From Klebsormidium nitens (lineage: Eukaryota > Plantae > Klebsormidiophyceae), in the NCBI GenBank assembly GCA_000708835.1, contig DF237115.1:62001-126000 (forward strand): 64,000 bases of DNA. Direction: 5' to 3'. Shown piece after piece: positions 36,703-49,200 of this stretch (position 1 is the first letter of the stretch; the number at the start of each line of letters is the position of its first letter). The notes below the pieces were generated by a model that saw nothing but the letters and a program-made list of their open reading frames with translations, did not search any database and was not told the origin of the DNA. The translations under genes and the position numbers were made by a program.

Positions 36703-39326
36703 ATGTCGGGCGTCTCCCAGGACCTGCTGTGGCTCTTGGTCAAGAAGCAGAACAGGTTTCTGTACAAGCAAGGGGGGGGCACCACCCGCCAGGTGCAGTT
36801 TACCTCAGAGCCTAACAACCTGATGAACAAGAACACATTCAAGTACTCGGGGCTGGCCAACCCCAAGTCGGTGGGCATTCAGGAGGAGGGGGACCACGTG
36901 GTTGTGCGTACGACGAACCCCAAGAAGGCTGGGCAGCCTGCCAAGGTGAGGCGCCGCGGTTAGGTTTTGGAAAACTCAGCTTAGAGTTGCTTGAGTAAAT
37001 TTGAGTCACTTCGATATGCTCAGGCTAAAATCATTTGCGCAGAGAGTGGAAGAGATGGTTTCAGGGAGCCAAAGGCGGTGATATGAGCAACTTATCGGGT
37101 CACAGTGCTGGTGGTAATGGTTTAAGTGGGTGGGGCGGATAATCGAAAGCTGGCCAACCCGCATCATGGCCGTGCAAAGTACCATTACCATGTGCAGCTC
37201 CAACACTCTCTCTGGCTGAAGCTGGCTCTGGCAGGAGCTGTCTCATTTGCGGAATTGGACTACAAGGTCACTTGTATCCCAGCCTACAGTTGCAGACCTG
37301 GCAAGTGTTGATGCTTCATGAGAAAGCACCTGTCTGCTTTATCAATCTGAAGGAAGCGTCGCCAATTGGCCGATTGCTGGAGTTTTTTCCATTTCACGGT
37401 GCATGGTCAACGCCCGAGCAGTTACGGCCGCTCCAGGATTATGTTGAAAGTTTTACATCCAGCTGTTGGCTTTGAAGTCCTCTTGCTGGATTCTACCCCG
37501 TGCATTAGCCGTCAGCTTTATCAAGCCAGATTGGTTGATCTTCTTCTGGTGATAATCTTCTTCTGGTGATAATGTGAAGAAGGAAGGAAAGTGGTTGATT
37601 ACTTGCAGATCATACCGGTTGATTGGAGAAAACATGCGGCTCTTGCTCCTTCCGTATCTTGTTCCTGAGCTCTCAAGTTCTTGAAGGTTTTCAAGTTTCG
37701 ACCTGCTTCGAGTGTCCGGTTTGACGTGACTGGAGGGTCTTTAACATACTGCAGCTTCAGCGACCGTGTAGCTTTGATACCGTTTGTCATGCCGCATAAG
37801 CCTATAGACTTTCTTTGCTTTTGTGATCCACTGAACATTTACCTCCCACCCAATCTTTCTGCTATCAGGAGCCACCCTCCGTTGCATACTGTGCTTGGAT
37901 ATACTTCTATCTGCATCATGGTGTTGGCTTTGCCCCTCTTGTGAACCTGTGGGACTTTTGGCTTTTTCTTGATCCCTGCTGGTCGTCAGGGATTGGACAG
38001 CGACTTACCGGGTCTGCTCTAGAAATTGACCGTTACATTGGACAGGGGGAACGAATCTCCGTCGTTGAGCAGCTGTGTGCAACTCATGAGGCTCTGCTCT
38101 TGCGTCAGCTCCTCTTTCAAGGTTTCGTCAATGATCGAGTTTGGTGGTACTTATCCTTGTTTGTCAGCTTTTTATTGTTAAATCAAAGAGCCTATAGTGA
38201 TTATTGGCATTTTTGGTAGAGTGCCACTGGCCCTACTTGTTTAGACTCTTTTACAGAAGTGCTCCAGCAGGCAAGCGTCCTCACAGAACATGGTTATCAA
38301 ATCATCGAAGGGTCTCTCGTTTTCGCAAGTGTCGTCGGATGGCAATCCTTTTTTCGTGCTCATTTAACCAGCCATGAACAGCCTTGATCTGTTGGCCTCT
38401 TGACAGCATCACTGTTCTTAACAAGTCTTGGGAGCGTATGTCACCCTAGTCGCCAAGCTCAGTATCATCCTTTCGATGTTGATATTTACTGTTAATGTGC
38501 GGGCCTTGCCGGATGGAACTGTCACACTAATCAATGGAATCAGGCCCACAGCCAATTCTGGCACCCCTCCGTTTTCAAAGTCTATTCTTCGACTGATGCA
38601 GGCGGTGCAGTCCTTTGACTTCAAACTTTACAGCTTTTGCACCCGTTGGCTTTGTTCGTTCAGAAGCAATACGAGTGCTCGTCGTACGTCTCGATCACAC
38701 TGAACTCTTTTTAGTGGTACGAGTTGATTCTTTATTGTTGTCTGCCGCTGCATCAGCTTCGCCTGGGGTTCGTTTTCATTCCCTTTTGCTTGGCAGGAAG
38801 GTAGATCTCAATCAAGGAGCGCAGGCGTGTTAGCCAAACGGGATTGACCCAGATGCTGATGTGCTCAAACGGAGTTCTGAAGGAACGTCATGCATATCAG
38901 CGCTTGCCAAACGCTATATCATGATCTAGCCTTGCCGCTGTGCAGTGGTGTTGACAGTCTCTTTCGGCACAATAACCTGACTTTTATCCCGATTCTTAAG
39001 CAGCCCTTGAGTCCAGCCTCGTTTAGTTCGTCACAGTCGTTTGTCATTTTCACTTCTACTTCGGATTTTCCTTCCGGTTACTCGTGGTCCTAACGGTTCT
39101 TCCATCCGGATCCGTGCAGCATGTCTCGTCTAACGTCCACAAGAAGGACAACCGGAGGGTAGCCAAGGCCGTGCACGCCACCGTCGTGGGCAGCGGGTTC
39201 CGGCCAGATCTCGAGAAGGCGGCCAAGTCTCGTGTTAGCCACATCCACAAGGCTCTGCGGGTAAAGAAGGCCGACGGCAAGAAGCCCCGGGCGGACAAGA
39301 AGAAGCGCGCTCTGACCACGTCGTAG
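36703..39326 (+). CDS. RPL28: 60S ribosomal protein L28 (eL28)
   Basis: Exons 36703-36945 and 39120-39326 joined in phase 0 give 149 aa. Motifs DLLWLLVKKQNRFL, FTSEPNNLMNKNTFKYSGLAN and FRPDLEKAA, with a basic C-terminus. Confidence 0.93.
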
Positions 39327-40480
39327 ATCCGGACCCCTTCAGTATGCTTTCTTGTTGATTTTGCGAGGTTCGTTGTTACAACGTTTTTGCGGCAACCATG
39401 CAAATGTGCATATGTGCGCATGGATATGTCTGATGGCACGATCTGGATTTGCATGCGGTGCGCTAGAGTCCACATCGTACTGCGGTCGAACTCATGGATG
39501 CACTCAAGCAGTTCTGACTAGCGACCATGTGCATGCGATGTCAAACAATGATCGGGTGACGTAAAAGTCGATTGCAAACAATACGATCATGAAACAAGCC
39601 GGTCTGCTTTATGACTGTAGAGTGGATAGTCAGTGGCGGCCAGCGGCCATGTTAGACGGGCAGGCAAGCAGCGATCCGAAATGATTGTAATCAAACGCTG
39701 TCATTTAGCACGGGCCTGTTATGGCACGCCGCCGCATGACAAAAGCCGTCGGGGTATCCAATGGTTTCAAGATCAAAGGTATGCAGGCTGGCATAGTAGA
39801 CTCTGCATGGGCCGCCGCCGCGACCTGGCACTCGCGCGGGCAGGTGTGCCGGACGTGCGCTGACCTTCCGGTCAGCACTGGATACGCCTGGCAGGCGCGT
39901 ACAACAAGTTATGCCGGCTATATGCGGTTAGTAACATAGCTCGAGTTACCTTGCTTTCGCAGCTAGCGCGCATATGGCAGTTCTGCCTTAACCCTCGGGT
40001 TATATCAGTCAGGATATCCCTATGAATTGGAGCGAAGAGATTTGCGAATGTATACATCGGCGCAGGGGCAACAAATCATGTCCACTGGTGGTTCGAGCCC
40101 GACAGTGACTGACTTCAAGTTGTACATGGTGATCTCCATATGATCATAGCCTTATACCATGATTCAACTTTGTATAGTTTTCAAAGAAAACATGAGCCTC
40201 TCGCATGCCGGTACATGTTCATCCGGCTAGGGCCTGCATGCTGTATATATATACGACAAACAACACCCTCAACTATCGAAGTAAGCGTCTATGATAAGAT
40301 TATATACCGTCTTCTGTCAGCATGACAACATAGTCTGTTTTGAAAAGCGCACGGGATTTTGTGTTTCATAGTCCTCAGCTTACTAGCCTAGCTTACCCTT
40401 CGATCTCCTGGGGGTCTCAGGCAATGTAGCTACTTACAATCGGTCGATCAGCCTTTTCCTTTGGCAGGCGATTACCTTAT

Positions 40481-42087
40481 CTAACGTGTGATACCTAATT
40501 TGAAAGTGTAATTCGTAACAGCGAAATCATCCGGCCAACCCTGAAAACCTTTGCGACACCCCTTCCGTATGCCCACCCCATTCAGAGCGCTCTCGACCTC
40601 GATTCCGCGTTGTCGGATCATCGCATCCCGAGCATGGTGTAAAAGGTCACTCCTCAGATTCAGCGCATCTAGCCTCTGAAGCTGCTCCAGTGTCACTTGT
40701 GCATTCTGTTCGTCGTTGAGATAGCGTGCCATAGTTGCTTCCGAGTTGCTTGGAAGAGTGCGCCGAGTCTCCACAGAGTATCCGAAGGATATCCCAGAAT
40801 GGGACTTTACGTTTCCGCTGTTGCAGTCCCTATTTCTAAGTGCGTTTCGACTTCTTGCACTAAGGACTCCACTCGGACCTCTAGCTCCACGCACGAGTCA
40901 TCAGCTCGAGGCTCCTCCTCATACTCCTCCGTAAAGCTCTGAAGGTCCTGCGACTCGTTCCATTCCATCGCTAGAGCTCGGACATCCTGAGCCTCTAATG
41001 AGGGCGCAACTTCCGCGCCGCTCGGCGGCCCTGCCTCGAGCACTCTTACTGCGCTTTGGAAATGCTCGGCCCTAAGACCCATTTCTGCAACTCTAGTCGC
41101 CAAGCGCTTGAGCTTTCCGGACACAGTCCACGGATCGAACCTCTTCACCAAGTCAACTCCCAAAATTTTCCTCTCCGGGGCAAAGGCTATCGCTATCACG
41201 CGGCTAAGTCCACACGTCTTTAAAGTGCGCCCCTCCCCCAGAGGCTGGAACGCGCTTCAGCGGCGCAGGCATTTTCGGCCAGCATTTATACGTCCCCAAG
41301 AGATACAGATGCCCACTTGCGCAAACTATTCCTATGGTCTTAAACCCGGTGTCGCCATCAGGCGCGTTATCCCTCCGAGTTCGATCACATTGGTCGAGAG
41401 ACCGAACGACGCAGCGCCACAGTAGTTGCACGGCTTTTCATAGCTCTCTTCCCTTATCCTCTGCTGCTCCTCTGCAGACGCCCACAAGAATGCGGCCGCC
41501 CCGGACCGCTCCGCGATTAGCGACTCGGGAAAGTTCCGTACGAGACCGCGTGAAAAGCACTCGCCTGGGGGTCCCGCAGATTGTGCAGCGTCTTGTGGTC
41601 GCAGAAGTCTGCAACGAAGATGACCTCCTGCTCAAGCTCAGCTTTCATCGCCTGGGGTTTGGTTCACAGCAGGACCCATCTGAAACGCGCTCTGTTCGGT
41701 TTGTATGTGGCCCAGCATGCTTCACCAGCCCCAGCTGTTTTTCGCGCCCGGAACTCTGATCCAACTAACATCCGCCGCCTCGGTGCAAATTCTCAGCAGC
41801 TTGAACAACATGGGCCAACCCCCTGGGGGAGCGCTCGATGCGCTGAACCCCATTGCTCTGCACAGTGAGGGCGCCATGTCCTCACAAAAGTGCCTGAGCC
41901 CGCGCTCGTACAATAGCTTCCGCCAGGTTCTGCATACGCTAGGGAGGGCGGCCAAGTGCATTGGGCTGGGCCCCACTTTGAGGAAGACGGCACACAGCAG
42001 GTCTGGCTCCAGCGCGCCGATCGGAAAAGGGGCCGCGCTCGGCAGGGCAGCAGACAGCGCGGCATCCATAAGCGGCAGACGGGACAT
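40481..42087 (-). pseudogene. Decayed EID1-like (EDL) F-box gene
   Basis: F-box LEPDLLCAVFLKV...LPSVCRTWRKL and FCEDMAP...GGWPMLFKLLRIC are followed by an in-frame TGA at 41722-41724. Family-like motifs continue across shifted frames: VIFVADFCDH (41595-41624), FSRGLVRNF (~41530-41556), CNYC (41419-41430) and VCASGHLYL (~41300). A further frame-broken acidic extension runs to ~40481. Confidence 0.6.
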
Positions 42088-43717
42088 CTTCTTGTGTTGC
42101 TCTGGATCAGGCTCGCATATGCTAGCTGCAGAATCTTAATCGCGCTCACATCTGCGAATCTGCGGAGGGCTCATAGCCTCCCAGGAAAGTGGACTGAGGG
42201 CTAGGACTCGAGCGCAATTGGTGAACAGCTTTCAACTTCAAGTTGGAGGGAGCAACCTAAGAAAAGCACTCGTGAAGCTGGGCAGTTTCTTTCCCACGCC
42301 TGGTTCTTACTGACCATTGTGTTTGAAGGGATCCCTCGCAAGGTTGCGCCCGGGGCCACCAACCCCGAGCAATCATGAGAAGAAATCAAGCTGGGTACGT
42401 CAAGTCCCGGCCTCCAAATTTGGCCGCCACTTCTTCCCGGCAACTTCCTGCTCCAATCTCCTGACGTCAACTCCCGCCACGACGGACGCAATCATTGGTT
42501 TGAGGCTCCTTTTACGGGAAGAAACCAATGCCTGCAGCCTTGCCATTAATGGCAATGCACAGACGCGCATTCCAATGGTATCTAGTTGGTCCTCAAAAGG
42601 GGCGCTGCATTGTCATTTGCCTCAAAGGTTTTATGCGCTCACATCATCCGTAAACTTTCAGGCAGGCTGCACCTTTCCAAATCAGCACGCTGTCAAGGGC
42701 AGAGCGGGCGTGGAGTACCGCTTAGAAGACCAGCCTGCATTCAAGGTGAGGCGTCCAAAAACTCCAGCTTATCAATATGTGAGGGCCAATTGCTGCGGCA
42801 CTGCGAAGCTGTAGTTGACCTTCCTAGCAAAAGGTAGACCAGAAAATTGCAGACTGGTTTTGTTTGTTGATTGAGCAGGCTTGTGACTCCATCGAAATCG
42901 AACTTGTTGCCTGCTGCCACTGGGGTTTGAGTCATCTCGATTCCTGCCCTTTCTTTAAACAGGGCAAAAATATCTGGGAAGACCTGTGCTTGACATTCCA
43001 GAGGCAATCAATGCAACGACGTCTCTTGACGCCATTTCAGCAGTTCAGAAAAGAGAGACTTTTCCTTTACTTTCAGCTATAACAGGCTTGAAAACGAATT
43101 TGGACTTGCGTTGATGATGGTTCTGCTGGTTGAGTCCTGATACTAACCCTTTTCCTACAACCTAATCTTCCTGAGGTATAATTGGAATGGACCTTATGCC
43201 ACTCCAAAGACCTCCTAACAATGCCACAACTTGGAATGCCATTGGAGGATTTCTTAATGGCATAAGTAGGCTTTGCGTTATATCTCATGTTTTAGCGTCA
43301 GTTGCGACATCCTCGAGCGAAGGCGCCAGCATTGCAACCTTGGAGCTCCGCCATTGACCTCACCACTAGGCTCCTGGCGACAATGTGAACATTTAGGCAT
43401 ATTTCCTATGTCAACCACTTAACCATAAAAAAGCGTGCAGAGCCCCTTCTTACCACACATACTTTTGAGTGGTGAACTCAGTCAATTCGAGTGAGTCCCA
43501 TTGTCAAAATCAGGGAATTGAATCACCATCATTGACAGCAATTGACCACCGCTGTCAGACTTCAAGCTTATCAAGTCCGTCCCCACAACACAATGCACAA
43601 TCCGAAAAGCAAAATTGTGCACTCACTTTCTCAGCTGAAATCTACAACTTTACAACTGAACAGTTTCCTCCCCTCTGTACAGGTGCCTTTTCCCAGACTC
43701 CTCTCCAATCAGACACC

Positions 43718-44497
43718 ATGCCTGGCCGCATGCGCCAACCCGGGGAGTTCTGCTGGGTAAACATGCTGACCCCCGACCCCCCCAAAGCGCGCGCCTTCTT
43801 CTCCGACCTGCTCGGGTGGACCTACGACGAGTTGCCTCACAGCATGGGGCACATCATTGTAGCGGGGGGGCAGAAGATCGGGGGCCTCTTTGACAGCGCC
43901 CCGGGCCCGAACAACCCGTCCGGGTCCTCGCCGCAGATCGGTGTCATGGTGAGGGCCGTGAGCACCGATGACGTCAGCAAGCGCGTCGCCGAGCTCGGCG
44001 GGACGGTGTCGAAGCCGCCGTTCGACGTGATGGAGAACGGGCGGATGTCGTGCTGCGTCGACCCGACCGGGGGGCGGTTCGACCTGTGGCAGCCCAAGAA
44101 GCAGCCGCTCGACGAGGTCGACGGCACGGCGCACGGCGCCGCGAGCTGGTTCGAGCTGCTCACGGATGACGTCGGCAAGGCGGTCGGCTTCTACACGGCG
44201 CTGTTCGGGTGGAGCGCGGAGGCGAAGTCGATGCCGGGGGGGTTCGAGTACACCATCTGTAAGTTGGGGGGGGAACAGGTGGCGGGGGTCATGCCGATCC
44301 TGCAGCACATGCAGGGTGTGAAGCCGCACTGGGCGGTGTATTTCGCGGTGACGGACGTGTTTGCGGCAGAGAAGAAGGCGGTGGAGCTGGGGGGAAAAGT
44401 AATGATGCCTGTTATGGAGGTCGAGGGGGTGGGCCACATGGGGGGAATCGAGTCGCCGCAGGGGGTCATGTTCTATATTATCCAGTATGCCAGCTAG
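43718..44497 (+). CDS. Two-domain VOC/glyoxalase-bleomycin-resistance family protein (CFP32/Rv0577-like), intronless CDS
   Basis: Paired repeats FCWVNMLTPDPPKARAFFSDLLGW and ASWFELLTDDVGKAVGFYTALFGW, plus GGTVSKPPFDV, DPTGGRFDLWQ and PHWAVYFAV. ATG at 43718 gives 259 aa. Confidence 0.9.
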   Translation: MPGRMRQPGEFCWVNMLTPDPPKARAFFSDLLGWTYDELPHSMGHIIVAGGQKIGGLFDSAPGPNNPSGSSPQIGVMVRAVSTDDVSKRVAELGGTVSKPPFDVMENGRMSCCVDPTGGRFDLWQPKKQPLDEVDGTAHGAASWFELLTDDVGKAVGFYTALFGWSAEAKSMPGGFEYTICKLGGEQVAGVMPILQHMQGVKPHWAVYFAVTDVFAAEKKAVELGGKVMMPVMEVEGVGHMGGIESPQGVMFYIIQYAS

Positions 44498-46010
44498 GAG
44501 ATTAAGCTTTACTTGTGTACCGTTGATTTCGGAGAGTGTATTTTGGAGGTTGGTGATTTGGTACTCGAGCTTTTGCTTTTGGTACTGGAGAGTGATGTGA
44601 GTGGGACTGGGGCTGCGGACTGCTTAGAGCGTTGTGTGGTTTGTTGGCCGAAGAGGTCATATCGTTTCTATAGGCCTACGTAGGATTGATACTGCATATA
44701 CTGTAAACTCGTTCACGCTTGAGCCGACCACTGAACGTGTATATTTACGTGTTTTGACTGTGAGACTCTAATAATCCGGGAACGCATCGTTTTCTCCAAA
44801 GTTGGCTCACAGTCAATCGTAGCTCACAGGAGTAGCTCATGCAGTGTGCCATGTTTGGCGGTGCCATGACTTTCGAGTTTCCCCATCAATGATGCAGCGC
44901 AAGTGCTCAAATGTTATCAGAATACACTAAAAGCGTAACGTGATCTTCTACGAGCTACTGAGTCGATGCGCAGACGACCATGCCGAATGATTCTCTGCGC
45001 AATCATTAAGTACATGCAGCGCGCGTCCAGCCTGAGAATTATACGGTCACTAACATGCCAACAATTATGTACTAACTTACTAAGCTATATCATGTGTGGT
45101 CATGGCTTGATCGCCTGTGATTCTAGCTAGCGCTCTGGCAACGTCGCCCGCGTGCTCCAGGCGCTCCCATGCATGATATCTCACTCATGGCCGCACTGTC
45201 AGCGTGGGACCTACATGCCTAGCTATAGCTTAACTGGCACAGCGTCCCTTATGGCGCACTTTAATCATTGGTGTCCACTGTGCACGTATGCGAACCAGCT
45301 GGACCTAGATTTACGAGTCAATCATCCATGAACAGATGCATCTCCCAGTAACCATATAACTCGAGTGAGTAACTACACTCATGCACAAAGTTCGGGGCAG
45401 GGTGAAACTCATGCACCAGTACTCATATGTATTCTGTGCAATGATGGACAGTCAACGGAAAGCTGTGAAAGAATGTGCTTAATCGTACATAGTTACAAGC
45501 TTGAAGTGCAATAGGTGTGCAACAGCGAACACTATAAGCGGGAGTTAGCAGTGTCTCATTATGGCATCGAGCACAAACGTCGAACAAATGTGGTAATGCA
45601 TGCCGCCATGGCTGCTGGAATCGGACTCAATAGGCTTGGTAGTGACAACACGAGGATAATCTGAAGAAAGAGCTCAAATCCGAAAGTGTCAAAAGCAATA
45701 AACTTGTCGTCTGCTTTGGCACTAATCACAAAGTCCTAATCTTAGGCCCGCGAGCCCTGACCAAGATACAACATCGTGATGCACCAAATCAAATGTCTGA
45801 TTTTCAACTCAACGGTGCTTGCTCAACGAGGTAAATTACACTCTGATGGAGAAAGACATCGGGCGGACGTCTTTTTGGGCGCTTTCAAGTTAACGTCTTA
45901 GCTAATGATTGGGTCGCCTACAATTCGTCACTGCCAGTGCTCACCAAAACAGGCCGTGTCTAACAAGATTAGCGTCGCGCTTGCGTAAAAAAGACTGGGT
46001 GAATGGAACC

Positions 46011-46225
46011 GTCACGGGTTGATTTGTTTTGTTGGTCAATAAGTTATGGCAGTGTACAAGGCAAAAGACTCCTATGCACAGAACGGTGTCGGCCCCGGGT
46101 TGTTGGGGCATTGCTCGGTCACGGGTTGATTTGTTGTGTTGTTAAATAACGTATGCCAGTGTACGGGGCAAAGAGATTATTAAGCGCAAAACGGTGTCGG
46201 CCCCGGGTTGTTGGGGCACTGCCCG
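46011..46225 (-). repeat. 107-bp tandem duplication of the terminal exon end, stop codon and 3' UTR
   Basis: Units 46011-46117 and 46118-46225; the echo encodes ...PNNPGPTPFCA*. Confidence 0.85.
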
Positions 46226-49200
46226 GGGCAACAAATGGACGCAGTGCCGGGGGCGTTGAAGCACTGCACAGGAGAAAGCCGTCGAAAAGCGTCACAACAG
46301 TTCTTTAAATGGATGACAACGCCTACGGATCCTCTCGGTGACCCACAAGAAGAAGACGTGCAAGATTCTGAAACACCTGAAAGAATCTTGTACGACTGGT
46401 CTCGAGCTCGCAGCAAAAGTAGCAGATTCTTTCATTCTGAAGCCTCAGACGGAGCAACGGCGACTGTCAAACAACGGATCGGTGATCAAAGTATTGGTAA
46501 GGACTCCCCGCATACCTGAGTGACTTTCCTTCTGTATCCTCAATCGTTTTCAACCCCAAAGAACTACCATTTCCAAGCAAAACCCTTGTGCAATGCAAGA
46601 GGAACAAGATTGCAATGGTGGCCAGACCGAAGTGCAGGGCGAACTTGCAGCGAGGCCTATAAACTCAGAATCCAGCTCACAACAACGAACACAAAAGTAT
46701 TCCGTTTGTTACAAAGAACATCGGTCTTGGGCATTCTTACCTGGTTTGGCAGGTTCGAGGTCGGGTTGCACGGAGGGCTTCCCCCGGTCGTAGAACCAGA
46801 GGCACTGGTGGGAGAGGGATTGCCCGGAGATCCGGTGGCCGGGGAAGGTCCACCGCAGACGGCGCTGGCTCCGGGGTTTCCGGGGCATTGCCCCGGGCAG
46901 CAGATGGACTGTGAACCGGCCGCGTTGAAGCACTGCGGAAACGCAGAAAGTGGGCAGTCAAGGATCCTACGCTTTTGGGGAGTGAGAATGAACTTGTATC
47001 AGCGTACATGGATGACGGAAGTTATACTTGGAACGAGTTTCTTGGGCATTGTCCCGCGCAGCAAATGGACTGGGAACCAGCCGCGTTGAAGCACTGCGGA
47101 AAACGGAGACAACAAGTGGTCAAGAATCGTTTTCTGCTCGAATATGTGACGGAATCTCTACAAGACGTATCAGCGTACATGGATGACGGAAACTGGGCAA
47201 TCGGATTGAATCTCGAGGGCACTGTCCGGGCAGCAGATGGACTGTGAACCAAACGCGTTAAAGCACTGCAAAAGGTTTACAGCGAGTGGGCGAAGTTGAG
47301 TATCTGTAAAGTTCTATTGCCTATAAGGCCATGCCCGGAGGACGGGTGAGGTCGGCTTGGTGGTTAGGCGGGTTCGGGTGCGGAGTGGTTTATAATGTTG
47401 ATTGGAGGTTTTTGTTACGTTGTTGTTTTGGTACTGCCTTCAAGTTTTAGATCGTCATAAGGTTCGAACTTTACGGTTATGAGGAAGCGAGTTGTCGAAA
47501 TTTGAGCACATAGTGTACACATGCGATGTCCTTCACTGTAAAAGAGAAAAAGCAATCGTGCAACGGCCATCAAAGCTGTGCTTAGGAAGGAATAAGACGG
47601 CAATCAAATGTGCAATCAGAACATGGCAAAGCGTTAAAAGACTTTCGGCAAGGAGAAGACTAAGCCCTCTTATGTTGATCAGTCAAGCGGTGGACTCCCG
47701 ACGTTGCACCTGGTTCGGCAGGTTGGACATTGGATCGCACGGAGGGCTTCCCCCGGTCGTAGAACCAGAGGCACTGGTGGGAGAGGGATTGCCCGGAGAT
47801 CCGGTGGCCGGGGAAGGACCACCGCAGACAGCGGTGGCTCCGGGGTTTCCGGGGCATTGCCCCGGGCAGCAAATGGACTGAGAACCGGCCGCGTTGAAGC
47901 ACTGCAGAGAACGGAGACAACGAGTGGTCAAGAATCGTTCCTGGCTGGGAAATGTGACCGAACCTGTGCAAGACGTATCAGCGTACATGGATGACGGAAA
48001 ATGGGCAGTCGAAATTTCCGTGGGCATTGTCCCGGGCAGCAGATGGACTGAGAACCGGTCGCGTTGAAGCACTGCGAAAGTGTGAGAGCGAATAGGCGAA
48101 ATATAGTACCTATAAGGTCCTGATATGGATAAGGCCATCCCCGGAGGACGGGTGAGGCTGGCTCGGTACGGTTAGGTGAGTTCGGGTGCGGAGAGGTTCA
48201 TTATGTTGCCTAGATTTTTGTTAGGCTGTTGCACCGGATACTTCCTTCAAGCTTTAGATCCTCATAAGTGTCAAACGTCCCGGTTATGAGGAAGCGAGGT
48301 GTCGACAGTTGACCCCATAGTATACACATGCGATGTCTCTTCGCTGTAAGAGAAGCAAACTTGCCGCGGCCATCGAAGCTCTGCTTAAAAAGGAACACGA
48401 GGGCAAATCTGCAATTGAACTCTGGCTAGTCGGAGAACAACTTTCGGCAAGGTGAAATGAAGCCCTTTTTTTATGTTGATCAGTCAAGCGGTGAGCTCCC
48501 ATTCTTTTACCTGGTTCGGCAGGTTGGAGGTCGGGTCGCACGGGGGGCTTCCCCCGGTGGTGGAACCAGAGGCACTGGTGGGAGAGGGATTGCCCGGGGA
48601 TCCGGTGGCCGGGGAAAGCCCACCGCAAACAGCGGTGGCTCCGGGGTTTCCGGGGCACTGTCCCGGGCAGCAAATGGACTGTGAACCGGCCGCATTGAAG
48701 CACTGCGGAAACAGAGAACGTGGGGTCAAGAACTGTTCATTTTTGGCAAGCGCCCTATGCAAGCGTGTCAGCAAACATGGATGACGGGCACTCAAAATGA
48801 GTTGCGAATGTGGTAAATGCTTATGCGCAAATCAGCTACGTTTCACTGGGGGAACTTGGAAGTAAGCATCGGGATAGTGAGATGAAACAACAGAGACACT
48901 TTGGGCCATTCTCAGGGTGCGGTGGAGCCCTTTTTCGGACCACGGCTGAAAGCAAAGGATACTGCGCGTTTCTATACGTTTACTTGACCAAAAAGTCGAG
49001 CCGCTCCTCGTTTGCATTGGCGAGCTTACTGCACTTCGAATCAAAGACGTGCGCACACCGTTTCAAATGGACCTAGCAGCAACAGATTCGGTCAATACAT
49101 GGCGCTCCGTGCTGCGGACGCTGAGCCCACGGATCCTTACCTTTACAAGGCGGCAAGCGAAGCATTCGCCTGCCTGATCCGACTCGCTGCTCGTCGAATG

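Noticed and set aside
38428-38703. Signal-peptide-like ORF within the RPL28 intron
   Set aside because: TTG start, no exon partners and no family resemblance.
36946-39119. Possible snoRNA in the 2.2-kb RPL28 intron
   Set aside because: No canonical C box (RTGATGA) with a matching D box and terminal stem was found by eye; a snoscan or Infernal run would be needed.
40090-40100. GGTTCGAGCCC, resembling a tRNA B-box
   Set aside because: No T-stem pairing, A-box or cloverleaf around it.
43469-43717. N-terminal extension of the VOC ORF from GTG 43469
   Set aside because: AT-rich and non-coding-like; family similarity begins at ATG 43718.
43709-44437. 242-aa antisense ORF
   Set aside because: Shadow of the GC-rich VOC CDS. 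The same applies to the antisense ORFs over the two-TM gene (23024-23593), the XEG113 stem (33867-34682) and the TPAG repeats.
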